DNA of 64,000 nt from Lama glama (Eukaryota), in NCBI GenBank assembly GCA_028534125.1, contig CM052816.1:20896001-20960000 (forward strand). Direction: 5' to 3'. Positions 13,374 through 27,253 of the stretch are shown here, piece after piece. Every line of letters starts with the position of its first letter. Position 1 is the first letter of the stretch. Below the pieces are notes generated by a model. The model worked only from the letters and a program-made list of their open reading frames with translations, had not been told where the DNA came from and did not search any database. The translations under genes were made by a program, and so were the position numbers.

Positions 13374-14597
13374 TTAAAAGAATCTTTACATTAGTATTTT
13401 ACAATCAAATAAAAGAGCAGTATAACATCTAACCACAATAAAATAACTCACAGATGTATAACAAAATTTCACACTCCTTACCCCTCCACAACACATGCAC
13501 ACGTGCAGAGCTGTGTGTCAGCTAAAGCAGACAGTTATGTTTTGATCCTCAAAATAATGAGGGCAGGGCACAACAATGTTGGCACTTCAGAGGTGAGGGT
13601 CAGAATACCAAACATCCTACAGTGTACAAGTCCTGCAATCTCAGAAACAGTCTCATACAAGTTATTAAAACATCAATAGTTACGCTAGCCACAGAGAAAT
13701 AAATGGGCCTCAAAATACTGGATTATTCCTGACATCACGTAAGAAAAAAAAGTTATTCAGAAGCACATCTAGTCCCCACCCCAGCACTCCAATCAGCATA
13801 AGCATAGCCCAGATTATAACGCAAGTACAGTCTTCTCACATCAGAAGGTATGCAAACACCAAGGCTCTGCTGTCACTCATAAAGTATCTCTTAATACCAC
13901 CTGGTTTCCTGGTCATATTTTATGCAACAAACACTGACAATTTGTTGAGAAGGGCTATTTAAAGAAATGGGCTATCCTAGTATGGAAAGAACATGCCCAT
14001 TTTATCATAATCATTCTGATTTAATAGTTCAGCCTGTGTCAAGATTACAGTACATCTCAACAGTATGAAACAGTCAGCAACTAGGGCAAGAATAGACTTT
14101 AGGAAAAGGTTTGTCAAAGCTTTAGGGGAATATTAGTAATATACTTCCAAATCAAACTTCCACCTTTAGCCCAATATAAAATTAAAGCATCCTATTCGAT
14201 TAAGTACCTGGTTATCATATCCTCCCTTTACTTATCTCTTGTTCAGCAAAAGATTCACTGACAGATAAACCTAAACGACTACCAATGTCACATTGCTAAA
14301 AACAATTTTTACCACCATGAAGTAACTGAGATGTTAAATCCATCTTTGAATCTGAAGTAGGTTTCCTGGGAAAACTATTAGATTTCCCTAGACACTATCA
14401 TCAAAAGATTACTTGGGTGGGGTGGAGGGTACTTCAAGAGTAAAACAAGATAAAAACAAGTTCAATATAGCACTGAGGTAGTTCATAAAGTGAAAATCCA
14501 TATAAACTGAAAAAAAGAGTGACATTTTCCAAAAAGAGTAACAGACATCATTTTCCAAAGAGCACAAGATGAACAATTCAACCACAAAAATACTTAC

Positions 14598-14674
14598 TGG
14601 CCTGTTCCAAAACACTCCGAAGTGGTGGCTCCACTCGAGCTAAGAGGTCATCACACATCTCCAGAAATTTGCCT
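14598..14674 (-). CDS. HSPA4: HSPA4 exon 8 (77 nt)
   Basis: [28 protein letters not shown] acceptor, GTAAGT donor. Confidence 0.97.
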
Positions 14675-14719
14675 CTATGAAAAGGGGGGAGGGGGATTAA
14701 ATCACATTCCACATTTTTT

Positions 14720-17690
14720 GCAGAATAAATGGCTATAGTCAAAAAGACAGATAAAAAGTATTGGCAAGGATATAGAGAAACTGGATCAGATATACATTCC
14801 TGATGGGAATGTAAAATGATGGAAAAAGTCTGGCAATTCCTCAAAGTGTGAAACATAATGTTCCCATATGACCCAGCAATTCCACCCTAGGTATATATCG
14901 AAGACAAATTAAAACATGTGATCACAAAAAATCTGAACATGAATGTTCACAGTAGCATTATTCATAAAAGGCAAAAAAGTGTGAAAAACCCTTAAGTCCA
15001 TGAAGTGTACTCAGCAAAAAAGGAAGGAATACAATAAAAGGGACTGATACATGTTAAAACATGGATGAACTTTTAAAATGTTACACTAGATGAAATAAGC
15101 CAATCACAAAAGGACATATATAACTGCATTTATATGAAATGTTCAGAACTGGTAAATCCAAAGAGACAGAAAGTTGTTAACAACTGCCTAGGGCTTGGGG
15201 AAGGAAGAAAAGATGGGGAAAGACAGCTACTTGGTACATGTTTTTTCCCTTTAATTGCTATTTTTTAGATTGGTTTTAGGTTTATAGAAAAATAAACCAA
15301 AAGCATAGAATTCTCATATAACCCCTACCCACCAGACCCAGTTCCCCTATCCTGCATTAGTGACATACCTTCCTGATGAGCCAATACTGATACATATGAC
15401 GGTATAAATTAGGGCTCTACAGGGTTTGACAAATGTAAGTATCTACCATTACAGTACCATACTGAGTAACTCCATTACCCTAAAAATCCTCTGTACTCCA
15501 CCTGTTCATCCTCCCTCCCAACCACTGATCTTTTTACTGTCTTCATAGTTTTGCCTTTTCTAGAATGTTATATGGTTGGAATCATACAGAACGAATGTAG
15601 CCTTTTCAAATTGACTTCTTTTGCTTAGAAATACGCATTTAAGGTTTCTCCATGTCTTTTCACAGCTTGACAGCTCATTTAGAGATTCTTTATGAGGTGA
15701 TTAAAATATTCTAAAATCAGGTTATGGTAATGGCTGCAAATTCTGTTAATATACTAAAATCATACTGAATTATATACTTTAAGTGTGACTTTTATGAATT
15801 ACATCTCAATAAAAAAAAAAGTAGAGGTACAGAACATAGCCACCAGAATGGCAAAAATTGTAGATGACTAATACCAATACTGGTGAGGATGTACAGCAAC
15901 CAAAACTCTCACATGTTGGTAGGAATTTAAAATTAGTTTTATTCCTAATAGTAAAAAACTGGAAAGAGCCAGTGTCCTTCAACAGAAGAAAATAATAAAC
16001 CTACAATGTCAGACTAGGTAGCAACACACAAGAAAGAACAAATGATATATCCAACAACTAAATAAATTCCAAGTTCTATGCTGAGCAAAAGAAGCCTTAC
16101 AGAAAATACTATCTACTCTATGATTCCATTTATAAGAAGTTCTAGAACAAGTAAGTGTAATCTATAGCCCTTAAAAATGGAAAACTTTATCACTTCTTGG
16201 GGATAGACGCCTTAGAAAATTTTTTAAAGATGACAATAGTGGTTTACAAAGATGTATGCAGTTGTCTAAACTCAGCAAATGATACTTAAAACTTGAGCAT
16301 GTCATTATATAAAAGTGTATCTATGATAAAATATTATAAACTGCAAATATTAAACTGGTTAATATGCATACTTAAGTGTATAGACATACATCTGTGAGTT
16401 AATTTGACACGCATCAATAGATAAAACTGCTAGGTAGATAGAAGGATAGATAAACAGATATGTGATAAAATAATAGTTAATATATTGGGGGGACAGAAAT
16501 AGCTCAATGGTAGAGCACATGCTTAGCATGCATGCAGTCCTGGGTTCAATCCCCAGTACCTCCATTCAAAAAAAAAAAAAAAAGGACAGTTAATATCATC
16601 AGTAGAACCTAAGTGGCAAGATAAGGACAGTCACTGTAAAATTCTTTCAGTTTCATATTTGAAAACGTCCATAATAAAAACATGAAAAGCAAAAGTATAG
16701 AGAGCATTCTAGAAGGATGGCAGTAGCAGTGGTAGAGGTTGGCTCTTAAAAAAGTTTTATTGACATAATTCACATACCACAGAATTCACCCATTTAAAGT
16801 GCACAATTCAGTGGCTTTTAGTAAACGGAGAATTGTGCTAATATTGCCAGTATCAATTTTAAAACATTTTCCTCACCCTAAAATATAACATTTTCATCAC
16901 CACTAACTATTATTCTCCCAATGCCCCACCAATCCCTTAACCTTAGGCAACCACTCATTCTGGACATTTCATACAAATAGTGCTACATAAGGTGTAGTCC
17001 ACTGTAACTTATTTCTTTCATCTAGCATAAACTTTTCAAGATTCTTCCATGTTACAGTATGCATCTGTACAATATTTTTAAAACTGCCAAATAAAAAATA
17101 ATATTCCATTGTATGGACATACCACCTTTTGTTTACCTATTTTATCAGTTGATGGGCATTTAGGCTGTTTCCTGTTTTGGGCTGTTACGAGTAATGCTGC
17201 TAGGAGCATTTATGTATGAATTTTTGTGTAGACGTGTTTTTCTCTTGAGTATACACTCACAAGTGGAATTACTTAATCATATGGTAACTATATTTTACTT
17301 ATTTCTCTGTGAACTATTTCTGAACTTTTAGAAGGGAAGTGTGCACTTCCACTACAGATGCACTGGACACACTAAAAATAGTTTGGCAATTCCTCAAAAA
17401 ACTGAACATAAAATTGCCACATGACCCAGCAATTCTACTCCTAGCTATACACCCAAAAGAACTGAGAACAAGGTATCAAGTAACTTATTCTTGAATATTC
17501 ATGGAAGCATTCTTCACAATAGCTAGAAGGTGGAAACCCAAACGTCCACCAATCAATGAATGGATAAATAAAATGTGGTACAGCCACACAAATGGAGTAT
17601 TATTTGCCATGAAAAGCAGTGACGTACTAATATATACTACAACATGGATGAACCTGGAAAACATTATGTTAAGTGAAAGCCACACACTGA
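14720..17690. mobile_element. Nested L1 mosaic filling most of HSPA4 intron 7: + (14720-15240, resuming 15681-15820), - (15250-15680), + (15830-16330), SINE, - (16750-17300), + (17376-17690)
   Basis: L1 ORF2-end and 3' UTR motifs (CCATATGACCCAGCAATTCCAC, ACATGGATGAAC) in both orientations; boundaries approximate. Confidence 0.8.
16487..16583 (+). mobile_element. tRNA-derived SINE (Vic-1-like, camelid)
   Basis: A-box TAGCTCAATGGTAGAGC, B-box GGTTCAATCCC, poly(A) tail, flanking AGTTAATAT duplication. Confidence 0.85.
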
Positions 17691-18389
17691 TTCCCCTTAA
17701 CACATATACACAGAAAAAAACTGCCATTAAATAAAAAAGAAAATCATCACTTTCAAGTAGAAGAAAAAGGTGACTATAAATTTGGCTACCAGGCACAATA
17801 ATCTAATTCTAGCAGATTAGAAGCAATTCTAGTTCCATCTCAATTTTTTGAGGATAGCTCAAGCCACATTTCCCTGAACAAGCCATCAGTCTTGCCTGAA
17901 TTCTACCAGTAAAGTTCACAACTTGAACAACTAAGCAACCTAACCAGATAAGAGTAACATTCCGGGTATTGCGGAGAGTAGTCTTGAAATATCAATTACC
18001 CAGAATTCTTAACAGTATTGTACAAGAAGACCTGTTGTCCTCAAGTGATACTGAACGACTCAAAAACAAAACATCAGTTTCTCAATGACAAAAGCAAATT
18101 CAGTGCATTAAAGTACTTTGCCTTGAACTTATGAAAAATGTAACTCATGCACACATAAAGAACTACCAATTTCCCAGAATATTCATTTATTCAGAAAAAC
18201 ACAGTAGTCTACACATCATTAAAATAACCAAACCCAATCTTCACGTAAAAGGCAGGAACCTAAATTTTTACCTACAGAACTGACATGATCATGTAACAAT
18301 CAAGATGATTTCGACCATTAGCTAATTAAGGCTAATACAAGTAGAGAAACATCACAGTTCAATTTACCATCAAAATATTAATATGGTTA

Positions 18390-18638
<249 letters not shown>

Positions 18639-20398
18639 TCAAAAAAAAGGATAATTTTAAAACTTATCCATCAATTAAAAATTTCATCATGACATATATT
18701 TAACTGGTAAGTTTTAATAGAAAGGAGTGGAAGGGACATGAAGGTTAAAACAAGGCAACAGTGCATGTGTCATTTAATCATGGTTACAATCACTAAGGAA
18801 AGAGACATTTTAATACGCGATTTACAGATGATGTTACATACCTATGCAGATCAAATAATCTGTGAATCACAGAGACAATAAGTGGTAGAAGTAGAATTAA
18901 AAACCTGATCTCAATTCCAAAAGCTGTGCCTTCTCCACAACAGCATTCTGACTCCAAACAACAATTACAATCCAAGTCCAGATACACTAACATGCCACGT
19001 ACAGTTATAGTTTACCACAAAACTGTAAATACCAAAGGCTTATTTAATTTAGCTCTGTGCAGTTTGCCACCAAAAAGATGCAAAAGCCTTAACTTTGTTT
19101 CTATTTACCACAGAAGACTAATCAGCTTGAGTTATCTGTTTTCCAAATCTCCAGCAGATTAGAAGCAAACCAGTTACAACCAGACTTTAAAATAGAAGGT
19201 ATGCTAAACACCCTTAAAACAATCTCTTCAAAGATTAAGAAAATTTCCTCACAGCATTTAATATTATGTGAAGATTTTTTTAAAAAGACATAGAATGGAA
19301 TACAGCGTAATTCTAATTTTGTTTTCATAAAAGACTAGTATGAAATACACCAAATTAACAGTAGATTATGTTTTTTCTTCACACATTTCCAAATTTGGTA
19401 TAGTAAATATTCTGTTATGAAATTTTAATTATAATTGGAAACGTGACAGGTGACAGCTGAGACTGAAGAATAATTTAGGGAGGAAAACAGAGCAGATAAT
19501 CACGAATACTTATCACTCTGCCTCGAAGACAAGGCTTAACTAAGGCCAACATCTTCTGTTTTAAAAGCTGAGAGTATAGAATGGAATGCAGAAATAATCC
19601 TATTCATGATTAAAAGTTTAAACATAAAGAATTATACTTGGTCCACATTTGTATCTGTAAAAATCACAAACCTCTTATTTCCCAACCACTCCAAAGACCT
19701 GCTTTCTTTATATTTAAAAAAAACAAAACAACAACAAAAAAAACAGAAACTAATAAACCAGAATCCAAGTTCAGCTTTCAAACGGGACTGTAACAAAGAG
19801 AAACAAAATGCCCTCCAAACCTAATAAATACTTACTCTGGGATAGACGGTCCCCATCCAATCAATCCCCAAATTGGGGTAAGAAAGCCAGTTTAGACCTT
19901 GGCACCAAGAATCTCAACATACAAGCCAAATCATTAAAGCATATACTTAAAAGAAAAAAAAAAACTTGGTTCCTACAAAAATTCTAGATAAAATTACCAA
20001 GCTAGAGAACTGATTTTATACTCCACTGAGGAACTACTGTGTATCATAAAATTCAACTCTGACCATCATCAAACCATCATCACCCTCAGGTTTCTCTTTG
20101 CCATTAAAATCTGCTAGACTGTTCTGTGTACAAAACTGCTTTCTCCAGAGCTCGAAGCTGTCCCAAAATCTAGACTATCACTCCTAGTCTGTTTTCTTCC
20201 GGTCACATAATAAGGACTATGCTCTTTGCTTCACACCGTGTCAACTCCTGATAAATGATTTTGGGCTTACAACTTTCACCTCACCCCTACACATCTAGTT
20301 TTTAGTTCAGATGGCTCAGAGCAAGTTCCCATTAGTGAAAGAAAATTCTTTAATCAATTATTTTAAGTTGTCTCTAATAAATTCCTAATTACCACTTA

Positions 20399-20590
<192 letters not shown>

Positions 20591-21098
20591 TTATCATTTA
20601 AGTACTAACTTTAAAGTTCATTTAAGTAGAAAAAACGGAGTGCATACTGTCAACAGGACTGCATCACATGCTATGTCTTAGAAAGAATTAACATCTTCAT
20701 AAGCTTTGCATGATTTATTCATGAAGAACATTAACTTCAAAGAATTAAATGCTGACAATCACTTAGCTTCCTAAACATTTCCAATTTCCAATTACAATGA
20801 TTGGCAATTTCCCCCGAACCACTGCCCCCACTTATCCAAACATATTTTCTAACATTTCTTCTACCTTTGTGCCATCTCAACACTTCCACATATTCTGCCC
20901 TCTGAAATTCTGCTTTATACTCCACATCCATCTGATTCCACCTTTCCAAACAAGCATGTGATTAAATATCAAAGTAAGTACTACGAGGATACAGAAAAAG
21001 CACTTCTCAGATGAATCTTCATATGTGACAGAGTATCCAAAAATACTATGGTACACAGGTGTTAAGTGCTCCAAGCAAAATAAATAACAAGAAACCTA

Positions 21099-21266
<168 letters not shown>

Positions 21267-21359
21267 TTAAAAAAATTTGAAAGTTTATTAAAACTTTCTA
21301 TGCACCTGCCAAAAAAGTGAGTAAAATCCAGAAATGCCCTCAAATACATACATAAATTT

Positions 21360-22570
21360 ATTCTGTTTACGATCAAAGAAGTATTTCAAACTAGTAGGGA
21401 AAAGTTAGACTACTTAGTAGTCTTGGAACAAATGGATATTCATGAAGAAAATATTAAAGCTGCATCCTTACTACACACCTGATACCAAAATATATTTCTA
21501 ATCAAAGAAATGTTTACAAAAAAAAATCGTTTAGTATCAGAACCAAAGGGAATCTTTACCATCAGAGTAAGAAGAGATTTTCTAAATGTAACACAAAGCC
21601 TAAAAGAACCAAGGGGGAGAGGTAGATTGATATATTTGACTCATTAAAAATTCTAATGACCGAATGGGAAAAATATTTGCGACTTACATCATAAAAGAGC
21701 AAAGAGCTAACATTCCTAATATATGAAGAACTACAAATCAAAATGAAGACCATAAACTCAAAACAAAATGAGCAAAGGGTAAGACTATCTCACAGAAAGG
21801 GAAATAGAAAATAGCTCATAAATTTAAAAATGGCCAAGTTCACTTAACGAGTGAAATATTTAAATCACATACATTTTGATACCATTATTCACCTATTTGA
21901 ATTATCTAATACACCAATAAGCTGTGCTGATGAGGCTGTGTGTGGTCAAACAAATCCTTTCACGCATTGCTGATGTAAGAGTAAATTAGAACAAATTCTT
22001 TAAAAGGCAATTAAACAACAGCTGTTAAAATCAAAAATAACACCCTTTGTCCCAGCAGTTCTAGGAATTTAGCCTATAAATCCTATTAACTTATCACATA
22101 AGAGCAAAACGGTATTTGTTCAAGTTTATCCATTGTAGCATTCTCTGCAATTAAAAGACAATCTGGAAGCAACCTGGACAACCAACAAAAACAGATGAGT
22201 GAAACTCATCACGTAAACTCATACGTACCATAAACTTATGGTACATGCATAAAATGGGACACTCTGCAGCCACTGAAAGAAATAAAGCACTTCTTACAGC
22301 TATGAAACAAACACAAGATAACCTGTCCAAAATTTGTTAAAAGAAAAATGAAAGTAAAAAAGAACCATGCCTATTTGCTTGGGTACATAAAAACCTCTGA
22401 AAAGATCTGTAACAAAGTGGTAAAACTGGTAACCTCTGGAAAGGAAAACCTACTTACTAGGTAGATGCTGAAGCTTTCTATACACCCTTTTACACATTTG
22501 ATTTTTACACAAAGGCTGTAATTACCTTCCCCAAAAAATAAAGCTTATGTTTTAACAAAAATGATCAATT
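21360..22570 (+). mobile_element. Old L1M fragment (ORF2 3' part and 3' UTR)
   Basis: Degenerate L1 motifs such as TGGAACAAATGGATATTCA and GAAAAATATTTGCGACTTAC. Confidence 0.6.
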
Positions 22571-22639
22571 TATAAATAAAGTAAAATATGCCCTATTTAC
22601 ATAGCAATCAAATATACCACAGTACCAGGAGGTAAAGCA

Positions 22640-23190
22640 GTGACTGTGCAGAAATTCATACAGGCCATAGATGGCTATCCTTAGAAAGGTTGTAATGGCA
22701 AGATTGGCCCCTTCCTGGCATCTAGGAATTTAAATAATAAATAGCTCCCTAAATTGATAGAGAAATCTCCCTAAATGATAATGAGTGTCTCACTATGCCT
22801 AAACTGTTTATACAACATAGTTTATGCTGCATATTTAATTTCCTTGCAGGAGTCTGGGATTTTGGTACATATGAGGCATAGTATGCCTGTGTGATTGACC
22901 CCCAACAGAAACCCTGGACTCCTAGGCTCAGGTAGAACTTCTCTCGTGTATAACATTTCACTTGTACTGTCACAACTTGTTGCTGGAGGAATTAAGCAAT
23001 TCTGGTGTGACTCCAATGGAAGCTTCCATCTGGTTTCCTCCAGCACTGTCCATGTGCCTTTTTCCTTTGATTTTGCACTGTATCCTTTAGCTATAATAAA
23101 TCTTAGCTGTGAATATGGCTATTTTCTGAGTCCTGTGAATCCTCCTAGCCAATCATCACAACTCAGTGAAGTCTTGAGGACCCCAACACA
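22640..23190 (+). mobile_element. MER21-like (ERVL) solo LTR
   Basis: 3' end GTCCTGTGAATCCTCCTAGCCAATCATCAC...GACCCCAACACA with AATAAA upstream, matching the recalled MER21 terminus. Confidence 0.7.
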
Positions 23191-23207
23191 TGACTTAGTC
23201 AATCACC

Positions 23208-23437
23208 TTTTTTTTTTAACATTTTTTATTGAGTTATAATCACTTTACAATGTTGTGTCAAATTCCAGTGTAGAGCACAATTTTTCAGTTATACGTTAAC
23301 ATATATATATTCATTGTCACATTTTTTTCTCTGTGAGCTATCATAAGATCTTGTGTATATTTCCCTGTGCTATACAGTATAATCTTGTTTATCTATTCTA
23401 CATTTTTAAATCCCAATCTGTCCCTTCCCACCCTATC
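23208..23437 (-). mobile_element. Young L1 3' end, same subfamily as 51458-51550
   Basis: Poly-T then TTTACAATGTTGTGTCAAATTCCAGTGTAGAGCACAATTTTTCAGTTATAC, identical core in both copies. Confidence 0.8.
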
Positions 23438-24327
23438 ATCTTTTAACTTAATCCCAAAAGTTGGAGGTCACTCCAGCATTCTGGCCTTTTTACATGAATT
23501 TTACTTGTATACTGAGTAAATTTCAGGATCAAAGTTAGGACTGTAGATGTGGGAAACGGAACAAACCTGCCAGTATAACAGAGATTTGGGAACGGCAGAA
23601 ACCATCTAATACAGTGATTGTATTGAAGCTGAGCTCTTTTAAGGGAAACAGCACTTTCATTCTTTGCATCCCCAGAATGTGGATTATGAGTCATAAACCA
23701 ATTCTTCCCGAGGAAAGTCAGTAGTACTTTATCTGATAGCCAAGCACCAAAGTATCCATCAGACAAAAGATTATGGGGTGAAACATACCGCCAACAGTCC
23801 TTGCTTTGCCAGTCAACACACCAACATTAAGACAAAAGAGGCTACAGCAGAGCTAAAGTATCAGATAACAACATGCAGTGAGGAAATTCAGCGGCAAAGC
23901 CAATACAACCACCCCAATTTCAACAGTCCCTAAGGACTCCACCATACAAGCACAACGCTACAAACAGCCAAGCTTCCACCTAAATAGGGATACAGAAAAG
24001 ACAAGATGAAGTCTACTGTTGCTTTGCCTTTCGTGCTGATACAGAAACAGCAAAGACATAGAGATAGAAATGGAGAAAAAGACAGCATTTCTAATTGAGA
24101 GTATTCAACTAATTTAACAAACAAGTAGCTTTCATGTGCAAGGCAGTATGCTAGGTGCTGGAAGGAATCTTTTTGGAAGAAGTGGGCTTAGAGGTAAGTC
24201 TTTAAATAGACAAAGTAACAGAAGCATGAGCAAAAACTATGGAGCAGAAAAAAAATTCAAGGAAATGAGAACTAGTTTGATTAATTCTTAAAATAACCAT
24301 TACAACCTAAGGCCAAAAGCAATTTTA

Positions 24328-24558
<231 letters not shown>

Positions 24559-25524
24559 TCATATCCTAAAAGCCTAAAATGAACAATCTCTCACACTGTC
24601 AATGGAATATTATCTCAAAAGTGAATTAAGAAAGTTAGTTTTGGAAGCAAAAGTAACTTGAAGGTTACTTTTAGCTTTTTTAACATGCTTGCCAAGCTTG
24701 ATACCTGGAGTTGGGACACATAAAAGATGTGATGGGACCACCAACAAAATTTGAGACAATTACCTGAGCAGAAGCAAGCTGGTGTAGCTCACCATGATCC
24801 ACAGTATCCCTTCAAAATGAGGTCTAGGGGTGGAAACTTTTACCATCTGAAATACTGTGCATGTTTTATTTTGTTTACTGAATTGACTTTACCATCGTCA
24901 CCCCAAATAGGACCTAGTCTAAAGACACGGTTTTTGTCAGATTTGTTCACTCTCCTAGGCCCAAGTGCCAAGGACAAATCTGACACAATACTCATTAAAG
25001 AATAAATGATGAACAAAGGCTTCAAGATATCCTGCCCTGGATAAAAGTATGCAAATTTGACAAGTTACAAACTCTAAATGTTGAAAGGCTCCCTAGAGTA
25101 AGGTCCCATTCTACATGCCCATATTCTCCAACTACAATTCAGACCAGAAAATGTCACTTTGTTCTTTTAGCTCCTGCTCTGACTGATCTAGAATACCATC
25201 TTCTCCTCTTCTCCTCACTCCCTAGTCCAACCATAATTTACTCTGGTTTAGAATTTAATCGTTTCTCACTTCACTGTATGATAAAGATGGGAAAATAACC
25301 CTCGTAGCAAGCCTCTTTCAAAGCTACCTCTTCTTCCCTCATTTGTTTAATTCTTCAACTACTCCAACCTCATTCCTGGACCCACTTGTTCCCAGGTCTT
25401 CTCTCTAGTCTCTTTCTCCTTTGGCTCTTACATCATCTCTGACTAAATCTGCCAATATCCATCCTATTTCTTTTTCTTTTTTTTAATTAAAGTCCATACT
25501 TTATTGAGATTTCCTTAGGGTTTT

Positions 25525-26200
25525 GTTTTTTTAATTTAAGTATAGTTGATTTACAGCGTCTCAGTTGGACAGCAAAGTGATTAAGTTATACCTATATATC
25601 TATTCTTTTTCAGAATCTTTTCCACTACACATTATAAGATACTGAATATAGTTTCCTGTGCCATACAGTAGATCCTCGTTTATCTATTTTATACATAGTA
25701 GTATGTATCTATTAATCCCAGACTCTTAATTTATCCCCAAGTTTGTTTTCCACATCTGTGAGTCTATTTCTATTTGGTAAATAAACTCATTTGTGTGTGT
25801 GTGTTTTTAAGATTTCACACATGAGTGATATCATACAGTATTTTTCTTTCTGGTTTACTTCGTGTTAGTGCAAATGGCATTATTTTATTCTTTTTTTTAA
25901 ATCACTAAGTAGTATTCCACTGTATAAATATACAACAACTTTTTTATCTATTCATCTGTTGGTAGGCATTTAGGCTGCCTTCATGTCTTGGCTATTGTAA
26001 AATGTGCTGTTATGAACATCAGGGTGAATGTACCTTTTCGAATTACAGTTTTCATCTTTTTCAGATACATGCCCAAGAACAGGATTGCTAGATCATATGG
26101 AAATTCTATGTTTTAGTTTTTTAAGGAACTTCCATAGTGGCTCCACCAATTTACAGTCCCACCAACACTGTAGGAGTGTTCCCTTTCCTCCACACCCTCT
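25525..26200 (-). mobile_element. L1 3' UTR / ORF2-end fragment
   Basis: GGATTGCTAGATCATATGG, CAATTTACAGTCCCACCAACACTGTAGGAG; minus-strand peptide RGCGGKGTLLQCWWDCKLVEPLWK is L1 ORF2 C-terminus-like. Confidence 0.85.
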
Positions 26201-27112
26201 TATTCCTTTCTTAACTTTAAGTATCACCCATTTCCTCACCTCTCTTTTTTTTCCCCTCCCCTGCACTCCAGATTTATCCATTATCAGGCCCAATCAAACT
26301 GTTCTGAAATTATTACCAAAGATACCCTAAGTAAACCCAGTGATCATTCTTCACTTATCAGAATTCTTCACTTTCAAAATTCAACTGAACTCTCAAGGTA
26401 CAACTGACTACCTTTTTCCCACGATTGTCATCATCTCTAGGATTCTGAACCTGTTCCCACGATCCTTTATTTTTCCAACTGGGGTGTCACAAACACCAAA
26501 TTCCCTTTCTATAAACTCAGTCACCTGGAGAACTCAAACACCCTTCCTGATTCCTCTTATCACCTCTGAGTGCAAGAGAGGCACGTATGTCCACCCTACC
26601 AACCCCCAACCTCTGAACTTTTTTTTATGATCAGTTCACTGCATGCTTCACAGAGAGACTCTCCTAGATGTCCCAGAGATGGCAAAGACTAAACTCTCCT
26701 TTCTCCAAAAGAACACCACCTCTTTCCAATTCTACTGTCAAGAGTATGACCACATATTGCACTAGTTGGTGACTTTACAGAGTTGATTTCTTTGCCTGGT
26801 CTTCCAAAAGTCATTCATTAAAATCATACCAGAAAGACTGCTGCAACAGTTAGCAAGATGAGCAGCAATGGCAGTAACCTTTACACCATCACTACCCATC
26901 CGTCCAACTCATATTAACAGTGCCCACCTATGGCTCCCAAACAAAATCTAAATCATTCAAAAAATGGGAAATGGTCTTTACTAGCAAAAACCTTTCCTAA
27001 GCATTTGTTAGCATTTTCATTACAACTTGATACTAGAATATTACGATATGTAAGGACCTGACAAAATAAAACACGGTATTTTAATCATAAGGCTTTATCT
27101 TGAGAACCTTAC

Positions 27113-27253
27113 CTTTATACCTGTTAACCCAGTGGGCAACTGCACAATATCATACGCAAGTTTAGATTTTTCTGCCTCCACAAATGGATCAGAGAACGCT
27201 CGGCCATGAAATCTTTTAAATCCTTGGACTGTGTTCTTTGCATTGGAAATCAC
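27113..27253 (-). CDS. HSPA4: HSPA4 exon 3 (141 nt)
   Basis: [50 protein letters not shown] acceptor, GTAAGG donor. Confidence 0.97.

Noticed and set aside
16487..16565. tRNA-like sequences with A and B boxes (also at 36159, 43444, 47857, 50574, 55195)
   Set aside because: They have A-rich tails, TSDs and a shared non-tRNA 3' part, so they are SINEs rather than tRNA genes. ORFs such as MEVLGIEPRT are SINE antisense translations.
17317..17326. Additional 10-nt match (TTTCTGAACT) to exon 12 at 10905-10914 next to the 40-bp copy
   Set aside because: Too short and AT-rich to distinguish from chance.
17485..17796. ORFs of 60-110 aa in introns and the intergenic region (e.g. 17485-17796, 26028-26330, 40612-40851, 47163-47405)
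   Set aside because: Translations of L1 3' ends or low-complexity sequence, with no splice or domain support.
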